Shown here: positions 9,836 to 17,839 of the stretch, piece by piece
How positions within the stretch are numbered: the stretch's first letter is position 1
How the letters are laid out: the number at the start of each line of letters is the position of its first letter
From: Candidatus Krumholzibacteriia bacterium
GTDB lineage: Bacteria; Krumholzibacteriota; Krumholzibacteriia; LZORAL124-64-63
NCBI GenBank assembly: GCA_046484865.1
Contig: JAWOID010000071.1
Location: 32,001 to 96,000 of the forward strand
Direction of reading: 5' to 3'
Length of the DNA: 64,000 bases
Translations under genes and position numbers: made by a program
The notes under the pieces: model-generated
Told to the model about the DNA's origin: nothing
What the model saw: only the letters and a program-made list of their open reading frames with translations
Database searches by the model: none

Positions 9836-10732
9836 ATGACCCGCGACAAGGCCGACCACGGACTGCCCACCGGGGACGATGCGCAGTTCCCGGACACGGA
9901 CCGGGCCGATACGCGTCGTGAGCTCGACGCCGATCCGGCGCCCTTCAGCGGCGGACAGGACGCCTTCTACCGCGAGGCGATGGAGTTGCTCGAGAGCGCC
10001 GGGGTGCCGTACCTGGTCGGCGGTGCGTATGCCCTGCGCACCTACACCGGGATCGAGCGGGACACCAAGGATTTCGACGTCTTCATCCTGCGCGAGGACG
10101 TGGATCGCGCACTCGCCACCCTCGCATCCTCCGGCATGACCGCCACCATCCCCTTTCCGCACTGGCTGGCGAAGGCGTCGCGCGGCGAGGAATCGCTCGA
10201 CCTCATCTTCAGCAGCGGCAACGGCGTGGCGGGAGTGGACGAGTCGTGGTTCTCCGAGGCTGCGGTCCACGAGGTGTTCGGACGCCCGGTGAAAGTCTGC
10301 CCCATCGAGGAGATCATCTGGTCGAAGGCCTTCATCATGGAACGCGAGCGCTTCGACGGGGCGGACGTCCTGCACCTGCTTCATCACCGCGCCCACGAGA
10401 TCCGCTGGGATCACCTGCTCGAGCGCTTCGGCCCGAACTGGCGCGTGCTGCTGGCGCACCTGGTGCTGTTCGGCTTCGCCTATCCCAACGATCGCCAGCG
10501 CATTCCCCACGGCGTGGTGGACGGACTGGTCGATCGGCTGCGGCGGCAGGAGGCCCGCCGGCCGCCGACGGGTCGCGTCTGCCGCGGCACCTTGCTCAGC
10601 CGCGCGCAGTACCTGGTGGACATCGTCCGCTGGGGCTACAACGACGCCCGGCTGGCTCCGCACGGCTCGCTCACCGAGGAGGACGTCGAACGCTGGACCG
10701 CCCCCCTGGAAGACGGCGAGATCCCCCGCTGA
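9836..10732 (+). CDS. Pol-beta-superfamily nucleotidyltransferase of unknown function
   Basis: YLVGGAYAL...TKDFDVF (GG..DxD) and a third acidic residue in LDLIF. ATG 9836 after GGAGAG. Confidence 0.8.
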   Translation: MTRDKADHGLPTGDDAQFPDTDRADTRRELDADPAPFSGGQDAFYREAMELLESAGVPYLVGGAYALRTYTGIERDTKDFDVFILREDVDRALATLASSGMTATIPFPHWLAKASRGEESLDLIFSSGNGVAGVDESWFSEAAVHEVFGRPVKVCPIEEIIWSKAFIMERERFDGADVLHLLHHRAHEIRWDHLLERFGPNWRVLLAHLVLFGFAYPNDRQRIPHGVVDGLVDRLRRQEARRPPTGRVCRGTLLSRAQYLVDIVRWGYNDARLAPHGSLTEEDVERWTAPLEDGEIPR

Positions 10733-10820
10733 ACGTCGCGGGACGGCCGGCTTGCCATTCGGCCGTCGCTGCCGGCGCGGGTGTGGGCACGATCGGGGAG
10801 AACACGACGAGGCCGCGCGC

Positions 10821-13800
10821 ATGAGATCCCGACCGCTGCCGTCGACGCCACTCCCGGCGATGCCGCTCGCGGCGATGCTGTTCACGGCGGCGCTGCTCAC
10901 GGCAGCGCTGCTCGCCGCGGCGATGCCGCCGGCCGCCGCGCAGGCGCAGGGCTTCGGCCGCAACAAGGTCCAGTACGAGCGCTTCGACTTCCAGGTCGTC
11001 GAGACCGAACACTTCCAGATCTACCACTACCTGGACGACCCCGCGGTGGTGGACGACCACGCGCGCATGGCCGAGCGCTGGTACGCGCGCCTGCGCAGGG
11101 TGTTCGGGTCGGACCTGGAGCCCGGACAGCCGCTCGTCCTCTACGCGAACCACGCCGACTTCCAGCAGACCAACGTGGTCAACGTGCTGCTCAACCAGGG
11201 TACAGGCGGGGTGACCGAGGGCCTCAAGAACCGCATCGTCCTGCCCCTGACTCCTCTTTACGAGGAGAACGACCACGTCATCGGCCACGAACTGGTGCAC
11301 GCGTTCCAGTTCACCATCATGAACGAGCTGGGCCGGCGCTACGGAGCCCAGCGGCGTCTGCCGCTGTGGTTCGTGGAGGGCATGGCCGAGTACCTGAGCG
11401 TCGGCGGCAGCGGCGCCCTGACCGCGATGTGGCTGCGCGATGCGGCTCTGCGCGACGAGATCCCCACCATCGAGGACCTCGGCCATCCGCGCTACTTCCC
11501 CTACCGCTGGGGCCACGCCCTCTGGGCCTGGCTCGCCAGCCACTGGGGGGATGAATCCGTGGACCTGCTCATGCGCCGGACCGTGCAACTGGGGTTCGAC
11601 GCTGCGCTCGAGCAGGTGCTGGGTCTCACGCTGGACGACGCCGGCGAGCGGTTCCAGGAGGACGTCCGCCGCACGGCCGCCGCCCAGCTCACTGATCGCA
11701 TCCCGCCGCAGGAGACCGGCGAGCCGCTCGCGCTGGAAGGTCTCGGCTACAACTTCGCGCCGGCCCTGAGCCCGGACGGCCGCACCATGGCCCTGCTCTC
11801 GCAGCAGGAGATCCACTCGATCGACCTGTATCTCGTGGACGCCGTCACCGGCGAGGTGCAGGAGAAGCTCGCCGACTCGCGCACCGACGAACACTTCGAT
11901 GCGTTGCGGTTCATGAATTCTGCGGGCGCCTGGTCGCCGGACGGCCGCCGGTTCGCCTTCGTCGTCTTCGCCGAGGGAGACAACCGGGTGGCCCTGCTCG
12001 ACGTGGCGAGCCGGCAGGTGGAGCGCACCGTGGAACTGGACGGCGTGGACGCCATCACCGATCTGGCCTGGTCGCCGGACGGCACCACCCTTGCCGTGGC
12101 CGGCACGGCGCGCGGGCGCGGCGACCTGTTCCTGTACCGCCTCGACGACGGTTCGCTGGAGCAGCTCACCGACGACGCCCACGGCGAGATCATGCCCGCC
12201 TGGTCGCCCGACGGTCGCATGCTGGCGTTCGTCACCGACCGGGGCGCCGACACCGACCTGCAGGAGCTGCGTTTCGGTAGCCTCAAGATCGGTCTCCTGG
12301 ACTTCCGTACCGGGCGGATCGCCCTGGTGGCGCTGGACGGGCGCACGCGGCACATCAGCCCGCAGTTCTCGCCGGACGGACACAGTTTGTACTTCATCGG
12401 CGCGCCCGACGGGTTCAGCGACGTGTTCCGGTACGATCTCGGCGACAGCACCTTCCACCGGGTCACGCGCGTGGCCACCGGGGTGACCGGGCTGACCGGG
12501 AACTCGCCCGCGCTCTCGGTCGCCCGGGAGACCGGCAGACTGGCGTTCACGGTCTTCCACGACACCGAGTACCTGGTACGCACCTTGCCGGCGGAGGCCG
12601 CGCAAGGCGAGCCGCTGCCGCCCGCCCCCGCCGCGGCCCTGGAGGCGGCCGACGTCGTGCGTCCGGGAGCACGGCTGCCCCCCCTGGACGGCGAGCCCGG
12701 TCTGGTGGACGCCTACCTGTCCGAACCCCTGGAGGGCCTGCCCCGCACGGCGGACTACCCGCAGGAGGAGTACGATCCGGACATCAGCCTCGTCCACGTG
12801 GGGCAATCGGGCGTGGGCGTGTCGGTGGACCGGTTCGGAACCAACCTCGGCGGCGGCGCCACCTTCCTGTTCAGCGACATGCTGGGCAACCGGATCCTGA
12901 GCCTCACCGCCATGCTCCAGGGCAGCTTCGACAACGCCGGCGCCGAGGCCGTGTACCAGAACCTCGGCGGCCGCTGGAACTGGGGTGTGGCGGCCGGCCA
13001 CATCCCGTACCGGTCGGCGTTTCTCTCGGTGCGGCGCGGTACCGAGGAGGTGGACGGCGAGGTGCGGGACACCCTCATCCAGGAGTTGATCATCGAACAC
13101 ACCGCGGTGGACCGGGCGGCGGGGGTGGTCGAGTACCCGCTGTCGGTGAACCGGCGCTGGGAACTGGCCGCCGGCTACAGCCGCATCAGCTACCACTACG
13201 AGAGCCAGGTGGTGGAGTATCTCGACGACGTGCTCATCCGGGCGGAGGAGCGCGACCTGCCGGATCCGGCCGGACTGGACCTCTTCGAGTCGTCGCTGGC
13301 GTACGTGGGCGACTACTCGTTCTTCGGCTTCACCAGCCCCGTCACCGGCAAGCGCTTCCGCCTGGAGGTCTCGCCCACCTTCGGCACGCTCGACTACGCC
13401 ACGGTGCTGGCCGACTACCGGCACTACTTCCAGCTGGCGCCGGCGTTGACGCTCGCGATGCGCGGACTGCACTACGGTCGCTATCTGGGCGACGCGGAGG
13501 ACCGCCGCCTCTCGAGCCTCTACGTGGGGCAGCCCACGCTGGTGCGCGGCTACGAGCTGGAGGACATCAGGCTGGTGGAGTGCACCGAGGTGGGGCCGGA
13601 CCGCCGCTGCGCGGAAGTGGACCGGCTCATCGGCTCGCGCCTCGGCGTGCTGAACCTGGAGCTGCGGGTGCCGGTGCTCGGGACCGAGGCGTATGGTCTG
13701 GTGGACTTCCCCTGGCTGCCCACCGAGCTGGCGCTGTTCCTCGACGGCGGCGTGGCCTGGACGGAGGCCGACGAACCCGTGTTCGAGCTGGTGCGGGAGT

Positions 13801-13949
13801 CGACCCAGCGGGTGCCGGTCTTCAGCGCCGGCGTGGCGGCGCGGATGAACCTCTTCGGGGTCCTGGTCCTGCAGACGTACCTGGCCCTCCCCTTCCAGCG
13901 CCCGCACGAGGACAGCACGTTCGGATTCGTGCTGGCCCCCGGCTGGTGA
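10821..13949 (+). CDS. Outer-membrane fusion protein: gluzincin-like HExxH peptidase, PD40 (TolB-like) propeller and Omp85/BamA-type barrel
   Basis: Signal peptide ending AQAQ, HELVH...EGMAEY, five SPDG-type PD40 repeats, VRGY motif, NLELRVP, and C-terminal aromatic FVLAPGW. Confidence 0.8.
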   Translation: MRSRPLPSTPLPAMPLAAMLFTAALLTAALLAAAMPPAAAQAQGFGRNKVQYERFDFQVVETEHFQIYHYLDDPAVVDDHARMAERWYARLRRVFGSDLEPGQPLVLYANHADFQQTNVVNVLLNQGTGGVTEGLKNRIVLPLTPLYEENDHVIGHELVHAFQFTIMNELGRRYGAQRRLPLWFVEGMAEYLSVGGSGALTAMWLRDAALRDEIPTIEDLGHPRYFPYRWGHALWAWLASHWGDESVDLLMRRTVQLGFDAALEQVLGLTLDDAGERFQEDVRRTAAAQLTDRIPPQETGEPLALEGLGYNFAPALSPDGRTMALLSQQEIHSIDLYLVDAVTGEVQEKLADSRTDEHFDALRFMNSAGAWSPDGRRFAFVVFAEGDNRVALLDVASRQVERTVELDGVDAITDLAWSPDGTTLAVAGTARGRGDLFLYRLDDGSLEQLTDDAHGEIMPAWSPDGRMLAFVTDRGADTDLQELRFGSLKIGLLDFRTGRIALVALDGRTRHISPQFSPDGHSLYFIGAPDGFSDVFRYDLGDSTFHRVTRVATGVTGLTGNSPALSVARETGRLAFTVFHDTEYLVRTLPAEAAQGEPLPPAPAAALEAADVVRPGARLPPLDGEPGLVDAYLSEPLEGLPRTADYPQEEYDPDISLVHVGQSGVGVSVDRFGTNLGGGATFLFSDMLGNRILSLTAMLQGSFDNAGAEAVYQNLGGRWNWGVAAGHIPYRSAFLSVRRGTEEVDGEVRDTLIQELIIEHTAVDRAAGVVEYPLSVNRRWELAAGYSRISYHYESQVVEYLDDVLIRAEERDLPDPAGLDLFESSLAYVGDYSFFGFTSPVTGKRFRLEVSPTFGTLDYATVLADYRHYFQLAPALTLAMRGLHYGRYLGDAEDRRLSSLYVGQPTLVRGYELEDIRLVECTEVGPDRRCAEVDRLIGSRLGVLNLELRVPVLGTEAYGLVDFPWLPTELALFLDGGVAWTEADEPVFELVRESTQRVPVFSAGVAARMNLFGVLVLQTYLALPFQRPHEDSTFGFVLAPGW

Positions 13950-14094
13950 GCGGGTCGACCCGGACGGACCCCCGCCGGACGGCCCCGGGGCGACGGCGCA
14001 GCCAATCGGGCCTGCCCCGATGGGCGGTCGCCCGGCCCCCGACTGCGTTGTGGATGGTGCGCGCATTCCGGATCGTTGCGGAAGGAGACAGAGC

Positions 14095-14523
14095 ATGTGG
14101 TTCGCCGATCTGGTCGCCGTCTTCCTCGTCGCGCTCATCTTCACCGCCATCCTGGCGGCGGTCGTGGGGTGGAGACATCCGGCCCGCGCCGATGACGACG
14201 CCGGTGTGGCGGGCGCCGCCATCTTCCTCTTCGTGATCCTCTTCTTCGCCGTCTGGGCCGGCGGAGCGTGGATCGGTCCGTTCGGACCGGTGCTCTGGAC
14301 GGGCTACTGGCTGCCCTTCCTGCTGGTGGGATTCGTGGTGGCCGCCCTGTTCGCCGCGGCTGCCGGTCCGCGGCGCCCGCGTAGCCGCGCCGAGGCCGCG
14401 GCCGAGGCCCGCGCGGAAGCGCGCCAGGCCGAGGCGGAACGGCGGGCGGCGCCCATCTTCGGCGCCTTCTTCTGGATCCTCGTGCTGCTGCTGTTGCTGG
14501 CTGTGATCGCAGCTTACGTGTGA
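14095..14523 (+). CDS. Small hypothetical membrane protein (about 4 TM)
   Basis: Hydrophobic segments. ATG after AAGGAG. Confidence 0.7.
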   Translation: MWFADLVAVFLVALIFTAILAAVVGWRHPARADDDAGVAGAAIFLFVILFFAVWAGGAWIGPFGPVLWTGYWLPFLLVGFVVAALFAAAAGPRRPRSRAEAAAEARAEARQAEAERRAAPIFGAFFWILVLLLLLAVIAAYV

Positions 14524-14556
14524 CGCGGCTTGTGACGCCTGCGTGTGACGCCTCCG

Positions 14557-15024
14557 CTATCCGCGCCCGCGACGGTACCGCCCCATGAGATCGGCCTCAT
14601 CGAGGACATGGGAGGCGAGTGCCTCTTGCACCTCGACCCGGGTCGAGCCTTCGGGCAGTTCCAGCGTGGCCACGTCCAGGGCGTGGAGCCGGAAGACGTA
14701 GCGATGGCCGCCGTCGCCGGCAGGCGGGCACGGCCCGCGGTAGCTGGTGGTCTGGAAGTCGTTGCGGCCGGTCACGCCCACGCCGGCGACGCCCCTCGCC
14801 AGCTGGCGGGTGTCGGCGGGAATGTCGAACAGCACCCAGTGGGTGAAGATCTCGGACGAGGCGTCCAGGTCCTCCACCACGACGACGAAGCTGCGGGTCT
14901 CTTCGGCGACGTGCTCCCACGAGAGCGGCGGGGAGACGTTCGAGCCGTCGCAGGTATGGGTGCTCGGGATGTCGGCGCCATGCCGGAAGGCCGAGCTGAC
15001 GAGGCGGAAGTTCTGCCGGGCCAT
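14557..15024 (-). CDS. YbhB/YbcL (PEBP / Raf kinase inhibitor-like) protein
   Basis: TCDGSNVSPPLSW, FTHWVLFDIP, YRGPCPP and HRYVFRLHALD. Confidence 0.93.
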   Translation of the reverse strand: MARQNFRLVSSAFRHGADIPSTHTCDGSNVSPPLSWEHVAEETRSFVVVVEDLDASSEIFTHWVLFDIPADTRQLARGVAGVGVTGRNDFQTTSYRGPCPPAGDGGHRYVFRLHALDVATLELPEGSTRVEVQEALASHVLDEADLMGRYRRGRG

Positions 15025-15066
15025 GAGTTCTCCTTTCGAGACGGCTGGCCGTCGGTGCGCTGCGGT

Positions 15067-15567
15067 TCAGCCGGAGAGCGACTGATCGGCATGGGGAGCG
15101 TCGGTGAAACCGAACACGCCGTCGGGGCGCAGAAGCAGGACGCGCCGGACCTGCGGCACAGGCGGCGACCAGGCGACCGGCGAGGAGGTGGGCGGCGGCT
15201 CCGCCGCGGGCCGGTCCGGATCCGCCGGCCCCGTCGCATCCGGCTCCCTCGCGGTGACGGGCCGCTCGCCCGGCACCCAGCCGTCGAGCATGGCGTCCTC
15301 GCTGACGCTCTCCACCGTACCGACGATCTGGTATCCGTGCGAACCGTCCGGCGGCCGGACCACGAGGGTCAGGCGCGGATTGGACGCGAGATTGTCCATC
15401 GTCGTGGCGCAGAACCAGGCGGTGACCTCGAGCCGGTCGGCACCGCTTCGCGCCAGGCTCGCCGCCGTGGCCACGTGCGGCGTGCCGTCCCGACCGGTGG
15501 TGGCGATGATCAGAGGTCCCTTGCGGCGCGCGATCGCCACGGCGTCCTCCAGGTGGCGGATATCCAT
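15067..15567 (-). CDS. Pyridoxamine 5'-phosphate oxidase-like (split-barrel FMN-binding) protein
   Basis: IATTGRDGTPHV, TTMDNLASNPRL and GYQIVG. It starts 2 bp after the upstream stop. Confidence 0.75.
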   Translation of the reverse strand: MDIRHLEDAVAIARRKGPLIIATTGRDGTPHVATAASLARSGADRLEVTAWFCATTMDNLASNPRLTLVVRPPDGSHGYQIVGTVESVSEDAMLDGWVPGERPVTAREPDATGPADPDRPAAEPPPTSSPVAWSPPVPQVRRVLLLRPDGVFGFTDAPHADQSLSG

Positions 15568-15569
15568 CG

Positions 15570-17621
15570 TCACACTCCGAAAGGATAGGTGTCGGGAACG
15601 CCGGCGAGATCGACCGTCGCCAGCGGGCGCACGGCCTCGGTCTCGGCCACGAAGATCCACTCGTCGAACTGCTCGGGCAGTACGGCCTGGAAGTAGTGGC
15701 TCGCCAGCTCGGATTCGGGGCGGTAGATGACACCGATGGCGCGCTCCAGACGCGGGTCGGACAGCGCACGGCGTACCTCGTCGGCCGCCGCGCCGCCCCT
15801 CAGGGGCAGCGCGAAGCGCTCGGCGCCGCTGTCGCGGCAGGCCGCCTCGTAGCTGTCGGGCAGAGCCGGACGCACACGCTTGATCTCCATCGGGCCGCCC
15901 CAGTCGGTGGCCGCGGCCACCGTGCCGCGATCGGTCCCGAACCCGACGAGGTAGGCGCCGTCCCCGTACTCGTCGCGGCAGAGCTGACCCACGTTGTGCT
16001 CTCCTCGCGCCCCCATCTCGGTGGCGCGGGCGTTGCCCACGTGGCTGTTGTGCTCCCAGACCACCGCGCGCGAACCGGCGCCGTGGAAGGACCGCAGCGC
16101 CTGCAGGGTCTCGAACATGTGGCTGTCGCGCAGATTCCACGACTCTCGCGAGCCGTAGTACATCACCCGGTAGTAACGCTCCGCGTTGCTCACCAGGCGC
16201 GCGTTCTGCATCGCATCGAGATAGCGGTGGCCGTCCTGCCCGATGTAGCGCAGGCGGTTCTCCAGCAGGTCGCCGAGGGTGGCCAGGACCTTCTGCTCGC
16301 ATTCCCGGTAGCCCTTCGTGAGGGCCGCCCTCCCGTAAGCCGCGGGATCGCGCTCCCAGGGCTCGAGGCACTCGTAGCGGCGACGCGCCACCGACGCAGC
16401 CTCCGGGTCCACCTCGTCCAGATACCGCAGGACGGCGTCCATGGAGGTGTAGAGGCTGTACAGATCCAGGCCGTGGAATCCCACGCGCTCGGCCGGGGAC
16501 AGCCCGGCGTTGTGGTGGCGCAGCCAGTCGACGAATTCGCGCACCTCCTGGTTGCGCCACATCCAGGTGGGAAACCGCGCGAAGGCCTGCCAGTCGGCCG
16601 GCGGCGACGCGAGGTCGCGGACCCAGTGGTCGATGCGCGCCGCGTCCGGCCAGTCCGCCTCCACCGCCACCATGCCGAAGCCGGCGCGCTCGACGAGGGC
16701 TCGCGTGAGCCGGGCCCGCAGGCGATAGAACTCCGACGTGCCGTGGGTGGCTTCGCCCAGCAGCACCACCCGCGCGTCTGCCACGCGCTCGAGGAACGCG
16801 TCCGTGTCCAGGTCGAGTCCGGTGAACGTCTGGGCGTGGCGGCCGATCACCTCGGGAGCACCGGCGGCGGGCCCGATCGCGGCCGGCGGCGCCATCCCGG
16901 GTTCCTGCGCCCGGGGAGCGGCCGCGGATCCGTGCGGGGCCGCCGGTCGGCCCACGTCCGCACTGCCGGCGTCGCTCCACCCCTCGGCGCCGATGAGAGG
17001 CACGAAGCGCACCGGAGCGAGCGTGCTCTCCTCGTAGCGCTCGACGCTCACCCGCGTCACCCTCACCAGCTGCTGCTCGTAGGCGTTGGGCCCCACCGGG
17101 ATCACCAGCCGCCCGCCCACCGCGAGCTGTTCGCGCAGGCTGGCCGGGATCCGCGGGCCCGCGGCCGCCACCGTGATGGCGTCGAAGGGAGCCCGCTCCG
17201 GAAAGCCGCGGGTGCCGTCGCCGTGAACGATGCTCACGTTGTCGTAGCCGAGGTCGGTGAGCCGCCGCCGGGCGGCGTCGGCCAGCTCGGCGTGCCGCTC
17301 CACGGCCACGACCTCGGCCACCATGCGACTCATCACCGCCGCCGCGTAGCCGGAACCGGCGCCGATCTCCAGCACCCGGTCTTCCGGTTCGAGATCGAGC
17401 GCGTCGATCATCGCGGCCACGATGTACGGCTGGGAGATGGTCTGGTCGCTCCCGATGGGCAGCGGACCGTCTTCGTAAGCGTAGTCTCTCAGTTCGGGCG
17501 GAACGAACGCCTCCCGCGGGACCGTGCGCATGGCCTCCAGCAAGCGGGCGTCACGAATACCCCGGCCGGCGATCTGGTGCTCGACCATGCGGCGGCGCTG
17601 TGTTGCCGGATCGCGGTTCAT
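15570..17621 (-). CDS. pcm: Protein-L-isoaspartate O-methyltransferase fused to an erythromycin-esterase-family domain
   Basis: N-terminal QTISQPYIVA, VLEIGAGSGY, GDGTRG, APFDAI and VRFVPL. C-terminal LLGEATHGTSEFY, EADWPD, WNLRD, WEHNSH and ERAIGVIY. Confidence 0.9.
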   Translation of the reverse strand: MNRDPATQRRRMVEHQIAGRGIRDARLLEAMRTVPREAFVPPELRDYAYEDGPLPIGSDQTISQPYIVAAMIDALDLEPEDRVLEIGAGSGYAAAVMSRMVAEVVAVERHAELADAARRRLTDLGYDNVSIVHGDGTRGFPERAPFDAITVAAAGPRIPASLREQLAVGGRLVIPVGPNAYEQQLVRVTRVSVERYEESTLAPVRFVPLIGAEGWSDAGSADVGRPAAPHGSAAAPRAQEPGMAPPAAIGPAAGAPEVIGRHAQTFTGLDLDTDAFLERVADARVVLLGEATHGTSEFYRLRARLTRALVERAGFGMVAVEADWPDAARIDHWVRDLASPPADWQAFARFPTWMWRNQEVREFVDWLRHHNAGLSPAERVGFHGLDLYSLYTSMDAVLRYLDEVDPEAASVARRRYECLEPWERDPAAYGRAALTKGYRECEQKVLATLGDLLENRLRYIGQDGHRYLDAMQNARLVSNAERYYRVMYYGSRESWNLRDSHMFETLQALRSFHGAGSRAVVWEHNSHVGNARATEMGARGEHNVGQLCRDEYGDGAYLVGFGTDRGTVAAATDWGGPMEIKRVRPALPDSYEAACRDSGAERFALPLRGGAAADEVRRALSDPRLERAIGVIYRPESELASHYFQAVLPEQFDEWIFVAETEAVRPLATVDLAGVPDTYPFGV

Positions 17622-17805
17622 GCCTCTCCCTCCCGGAGCGGTATCGGCCCCGGGAGGCAAGTTAGAGGCGAAGCGGCCGCGGCCGCCAACGGCATGCGAC
17701 CGCGCTCGCGCGGAGGTGGGAGGATCCCGGATTCTCGCCCCGGCGGGCCCCGGCGGACGATCGGCAGCGGCCCGGAACTCGCTGCGGGCTGCCCGAATCG
17801 CCCGC

Positions 17806-17839
17806 CTAGCCCGGATGATTCATGAATCATCCGGGCTAG
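17806..17839. repeat. Perfect 34-bp palindrome CTAGCCCGGATGATTCATGAATCATCCGGGCTAG
   Basis: The two 17-bp arms are exact reverse complements with no spacer. It overlaps the mutB stop codon. Confidence 0.95.

Noticed and set aside
9836..10732. CBASS cyclase (CD-NTase) or MNT-HEPN toxin-antitoxin
   Set aside because: The motif is GG..DxD of the uncharacterised NTase type, and there is no Cap effector or HEPN neighbour.
8141..10966. 941-aa ORF ending in EcsC, and similar over-extended ORFs (40676-44641, 15067-16980, 61855-63435)
   Set aside because: Only the C-terminal portions look protein-like. The extensions overlap other real genes.
10671..14222. Long antisense or alternative-frame ORFs (1183 aa here; also 45567-50414, 40784-43627, 23136-25604, 56294-59041)
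   Set aside because: They are shadows of real genes in GC-rich DNA with few stop codons. They have no motifs and are fully overlapped by well-supported CDSs.
14519..14551. Three TGTGACGC direct repeats
   Set aside because: They lie between convergent 3' ends with uneven spacing, so a regulatory role is unlikely. Probably local slippage.
15570..16900. Macrolide resistance gene (ereA/ereB)
   Set aside because: It is an Ere-family domain fused to PIMT in a non-mobile context. Family membership does not imply resistance.
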